A stretch of DNA of 64,000 nucleotides from Neodothiora populina (lineage: Eukaryota): the NCBI RefSeq assembly GCF_041146345.1, contig NW_027191413.1, forward strand, positions 186,001 through 250,000, read 5' to 3'. The notes beneath the pieces are model-generated. The model was given only the letters and a program-made list of their open reading frames with translations. It did not search any database and was not told the DNA's origin. The position numbers were made by a program, and so were the translations under genes. This document shows positions 59,941 to 64,000 of the stretch, in pieces (within the stretch, counting starts at the first letter, position 1; every line of letters starts with the position of its first letter).

Positions 59941-61934
59941 TCAGAGTAATCCATGATCCCGCAACCGCCTTTTTAACTCTTGCTCCTCCTGTTCTTCAGC
60001 CGATAGGACCCTACGTTTTGGCTTCGGCACATCGATCTTGCTGAAATAATTCTCCCAAAACCTGACACCATCGACGCCCTGCTCGCGACAGAGCGCACCC
60101 TTCTCTTCCGCCATCTCTAACTCTTCGCTCGCGACGCCGATGCTCCAGCCAAAGTGCTCGGCAACTTGCGCGGGCGTGACGCCTCGGCCGAATAAGCGCC
60201 AGTCCCACGTTACCGCGGGTGCGTTGATGGCGTTGCTTTCGTCCTGATATGCGTCCGGTGGGATCTCGTGCGCCTCTTGCAGCCAGGCCAGGATCGCGGC
60301 GATCGTCTTGTCGTCTGTCCGATCGCGGCCTTGCACGACTAGAAGACCGCTCTTGAATTGGCGGAGACGGATCGGCAAGCGCAGTATATCCCACATCTGT
60401 GCGGCTTTGTGGAAGTCGGTCGGCGAGACCAATTCGATGCCGTTACGCATGCGATTGAAGACTGCCCAAAGGTCAACGAGGGACATGATGCCGCCTTCGC
60501 GGCGGAGGATGCCTCGAGAGTCGTCTGTGAGGAATTCGGCCAGGTTACGGCTGAGCTCGGTCACGTAGAGGGTTTCTGAACCTCCACCTTTGATGAGCAT
60601 GTCTTTGGTTGTGACGAGACCGAGGTCCTGGAGCAGGGCTGAAGCTTCTGCAGAGTTGTCACTGTTGTCTCTGTTTTGAGAAGCAAAGCGCTCGGCCATG
60701 GCGATGACTTCCCGCGCCGAGGTCATCAATGCTTCCAAGTCCTCAAAGGCACTGCCGATGACAAGCTCATTGTTCTTGCGGACTTCCAGCCCGCGCCGTT
60801 CGAGACCAGCTATGCCTACCGTTCTTGGCTTCGGAGCCTGAACGGTGATGCCATCAGCGGTAGTGAAAGACGATGCTGTAGCGGTGTCTTTTTGTGGCGT
60901 TGGAGGCGGTGGTGCCCCTTGTAAGAGCCATTTCCGCTGTACCAATGCACCCTTTAAGCGTTCGTAAAAAACCTTTTCGCCACCAGCTCGGAACGAGAAC
61001 TTGACAAGTTCGATGGAGGCATCTTTGGTAGGCGATCCTGGGAGTGTTGGACCGGGCGATTCAGATCGGGAGAGAGACTCGGCCATTATTTGTGACTGTC
61101 GGTCCCGAGCAAAGGCCAAGGGGGCTCCGCATATTTCACACGTAGTCAGAGAAGGATGATTCTGGAATGTGCAACGAGGACACTCGTTCCTTGCTGATGG
61201 ACTAGCATTCGTGGGTGGTCGAACGTTAGCCGGAGATGGAGGAGCGTTCAGAGGAGGTATGCTTGAGCTTGGTCCACTCGGTCTATTCGACATAGCCGCT
61301 ATTGCTGCCTTGACTACATGTACTAGGGGCGGCTTGATGCCACATGCAAGACAGGGCGGCAAAGGCGTGTTGGCATTCGCGATACTGGGATCAAAGTTCG
61401 AAGGGACCGGATTCGAGAAAGAGCAAATCGGACATATCCAGGTGGCATTGGGATCTCGCGCTGCGGCTGCAGGGGTTGGGGCTGATGGCCTAACTGGTGT
61501 CCCATATCGAGAAGGCGATCCAGACCCCGTTGGGCTACTGGACATGGCATAAGTAGAAGTTGGACTCCGCACAGCCAACGCTCCTGTTCTCGGAAGCTTT
61601 GGATGTAGCGTTATCTTGGGCGATGACTTGAGAAAGCCAGCCTTTGCTTTCAATGATCAGTAAATTGAGCCTAAAACCGAGGGAGTCATGCACGAACGTA
61701 GAATTCTGGTCTGTCTACATCGCGAAGCTCTACCGCCACCGAATTCTTTCTCGGGTCTTCATTGTCCACATAACAGGCTCTATGCGATGTCAAGTAGGCA
61801 TGGCCGTTTTGGTAATTGGGTATCTTGTATTTGCCTTCGTAAAGACCGACAGAATCCTGGACGAACAGCAATGTTTCATCAGGAAGAAGTGACGGACGAA
61901 GAGCAGTCGTCAGGTCAAGATGGCGTAGTGACAT
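59941..61934 (-). CDS. VPS36: ESCRT-II subunit Vps36 (split GLUE domain with two NZF zinc fingers + EAP30 domain); two exons
   Basis: LLFVQDSVGLYEGK...AYLTSHRACY GLUE domain, WICPICSFSN...CLACG and CPRCTFQNHPSLTTCEICG fingers, and AFEDLEALM. Confidence 0.95.
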
Positions 61935-62426
61935 CCAGGCTTCGAGGCCTGGTCTATATCATGTACCTCGAATTCAGCTGTTGAGTATCACGGATCCACT
62001 GTGCTGTTTATCTAGATCAGGGAAGTAGACGCTTGCAGATGCTTGTTCGGGTAGACATGGACAGTATCGAGTGATCTTATAAGATTGACGAGTGATACAT
62101 TCAGATATACGCTGTACAATCATATATTGTGGTTTCAATGAATGGTGAGTGTAGTAGAGGTGCTGATGATAGATGTAACCCAATCACATGACGCTAGTGA
62201 TTGCTTGCCGATGCACGGGCCCGATTTAGTGCAAGTCAGAAAGTGGCAGTCGCATTTTGGGTCTCGCGTTTGTCATCTTGTGTTGGAATCTTTACTCCAC
62301 TTTCTCCTTCTCCCATCATCAATCCTGAACTTAGTGAACTTCTGAGAAATCCAGACATCTGTGATCTGTTGTATTGCCGAGACGCCGAGCTTGTGCAAAG
62401 ACGTAAAGCTTCCCGACAAGGTCATC

Positions 62427-64000
62427 ATGGCGTCTGCAGGATGGCCTCACACGACCGCTCCAGGCGTGACAAAGGGTTCGTACAATGCGATTTATCTTTA
62501 TTCAAGGCACTTATTGACAAAGACTCAGGAGGTCCCTCGTATACTCCTGTCACAGCGCGTCGAACCCTTGCCAGACCCGAACCGCCAGAACCGCCTCCAA
62601 CCACAAAAGCAGTGAAGATAGACTGGCCGCAGCCCGTGCGCGAATACGTAGGAAGGGCCTTTGCAATTGACAAGCCCATCCCTGGAATAGACAGGGCCGA
62701 CATTGCTACTAAACTCAAGAGTATCATCACCAACGCCGCCGAGAACAACCAACTATTCACCATAGACTGGCCAAACCATCCCCTGCCCCAGGACGTAATT
62801 CGACAGGAGAGAGCACTAGCCCAGCAGTTTTCCGCTGCAGCGACCATCGCAAGTGGCAGTCCGATGTCACCGGCTTCCAAAAAGCGCAAGTCCATGGACG
62901 TCGAATCGCAGGATGCCGTTGCTGCTGCCGCTGCTGCAACTGTGCCCCCTTGGAGACAAAAGTCTACCGCAAATCTCGCCGAACGCATGACCTATCCGGA
63001 CAGGACCACGGACAAACGTCAGAAGAAAGCAGACCAATTTCGATCCGGAGCCGCGACAAGTAAGTTGAGCGATTTAGAAAAGCGGAAGCAGCGTTTCGAT
63101 CTTGGCAACTCCGGTGGTACTTCATCTCCTAATAATGCATCATCTCGTGACGACTCTCCTATGCCTGATGCCAGAAATGGTCCTGTTGTGGGTACTTGCC
63201 AGAAGCTGGAGAAGAGCTATCTCCGCCTCACCGCACCACCCAAACCCGAGACTGTTCGCCCTTTGCCCATTCTGAAGCAGACGCTCGGGATGTTGATCAA
63301 GAAGTGGAAGGACGAGCACAATTATGGATACATCTGCGACCAGTTCAAGTCGTTGAGGCAAGATCTCACAGTACAGCATATCAAGACAGAGTTCACTGTT
63401 CGCGTATACGAAGCCCATGCTAGGATAGCTTTAGAAAAGGGTGATGTGGGTGAGTATAATCAGTGCCAGACGCAACTCCGCGCACTTCACAAGCAGAAGC
63501 TGGGAGGATGCCCTGGCGAGTTCACAGCGTACCGCATTCTCTATTTCATATATACATGCAACCGAACAGGCATGAACGATGTCTTGGCAGATCTGACAGC
63601 ACAGGACAAAGAGAACGCCGCGGTAAAGCACGCACTCCAGACCAGAACCGCGCTAGCAACAGGAAACTACCATAAATTTTTTAGGTTATTCAACGAAGCT
63701 CCTAACATGGGAGCTTACCTGATGGACATGTTTGTCGATCGGGAGAGACTCTCGGCGCTAGCAAAGATATGTCGGGCGTAAGTGCTGTTCTCTGCCACAC
63801 ATAACGAATTACTCATGCTGACGCACCATCGCAGGTTCAAGCCAGATGTCCGAGTCGATTACCTCACAGAGGAATTCGCATTTGCAAATGACCAGCAGTG
63901 CGCACAATTCATTTGTGACTACGGCGGTCAGCAACTCCTCGAACAAAAGCCAGATGGTGTACGATTTGCTTGCGGCAAAGCCGGCAATCATTTTGACATA
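62427..64000 (+). CDS. THP3: SAC3/GANP-domain protein, Thp3/LENG8-like; 3' end truncated by the window edge
   Basis: VVGTCQKLEKSYLRLTAPP, YICDQFKSLRQDLTVQ and VYEAHARIALEKGDVGEYNQCQTQL. The start is inferred at ATG 62427 with intron 62476-62528; a second intron lies near 63778-63834. Confidence 0.9.

Noticed and set aside
62201..62426. ORF-track start of THP3 at a TTG codon
   Set aside because: A spliced model from ATG 62427 with intron 62476-62528 fits better.

Overview
Gene-dense window of a filamentous ascomycete (Pezizomycotina) nuclear genome, with short GT-AG introns and CTRAY branch sites. It contains about 25 protein-coding genes, mostly conserved housekeeping genes: a Gpr1/Fun34/YaaH acetate transporter, class II chitin synthase, an SDR, Ddi1, a Paa1-like GNAT, a Zn2Cys6 TF next to a catechol-type intradiol dioxygenase, Aim41, Fox2, a Tda10-like kinase, Arv1, Vma9, Ema19/TMEM97, Nup170, Zng1/CobW, Mob3/phocein, cystathionine beta-lyase, Vps36 and Thp3. 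There are also three secreted cell-wall or carbohydrate-binding proteins and two conserved proteins of unknown function. No transposon, CRISPR array or secondary-metabolite backbone gene is visible. The most notable signals are: (i) a tandem tRNA-Leu(AAG)/tRNA-Gly(GCC) pair 11 nt apart, with one shared terminator and a B-box (U55C) substitution in the second gene, suggesting a dicistronic Pol III precursor; (ii) a predicted mitochondrial membrane protein with nine DDGY-x3-PxG[ML]Q repeats, five of them at an exact 108-nt period; (iii) a DDI1 start codon split by an intron; (iv) unusually frequent AAG 3' splice sites; (v) a CBM52 fusion protein with a dibasic-site-rich insert; (vi) an apparently unannotated spliced transcript at about 2.7-3.7 kb. 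All family assignments come from motif recognition by eye; no searches were run.
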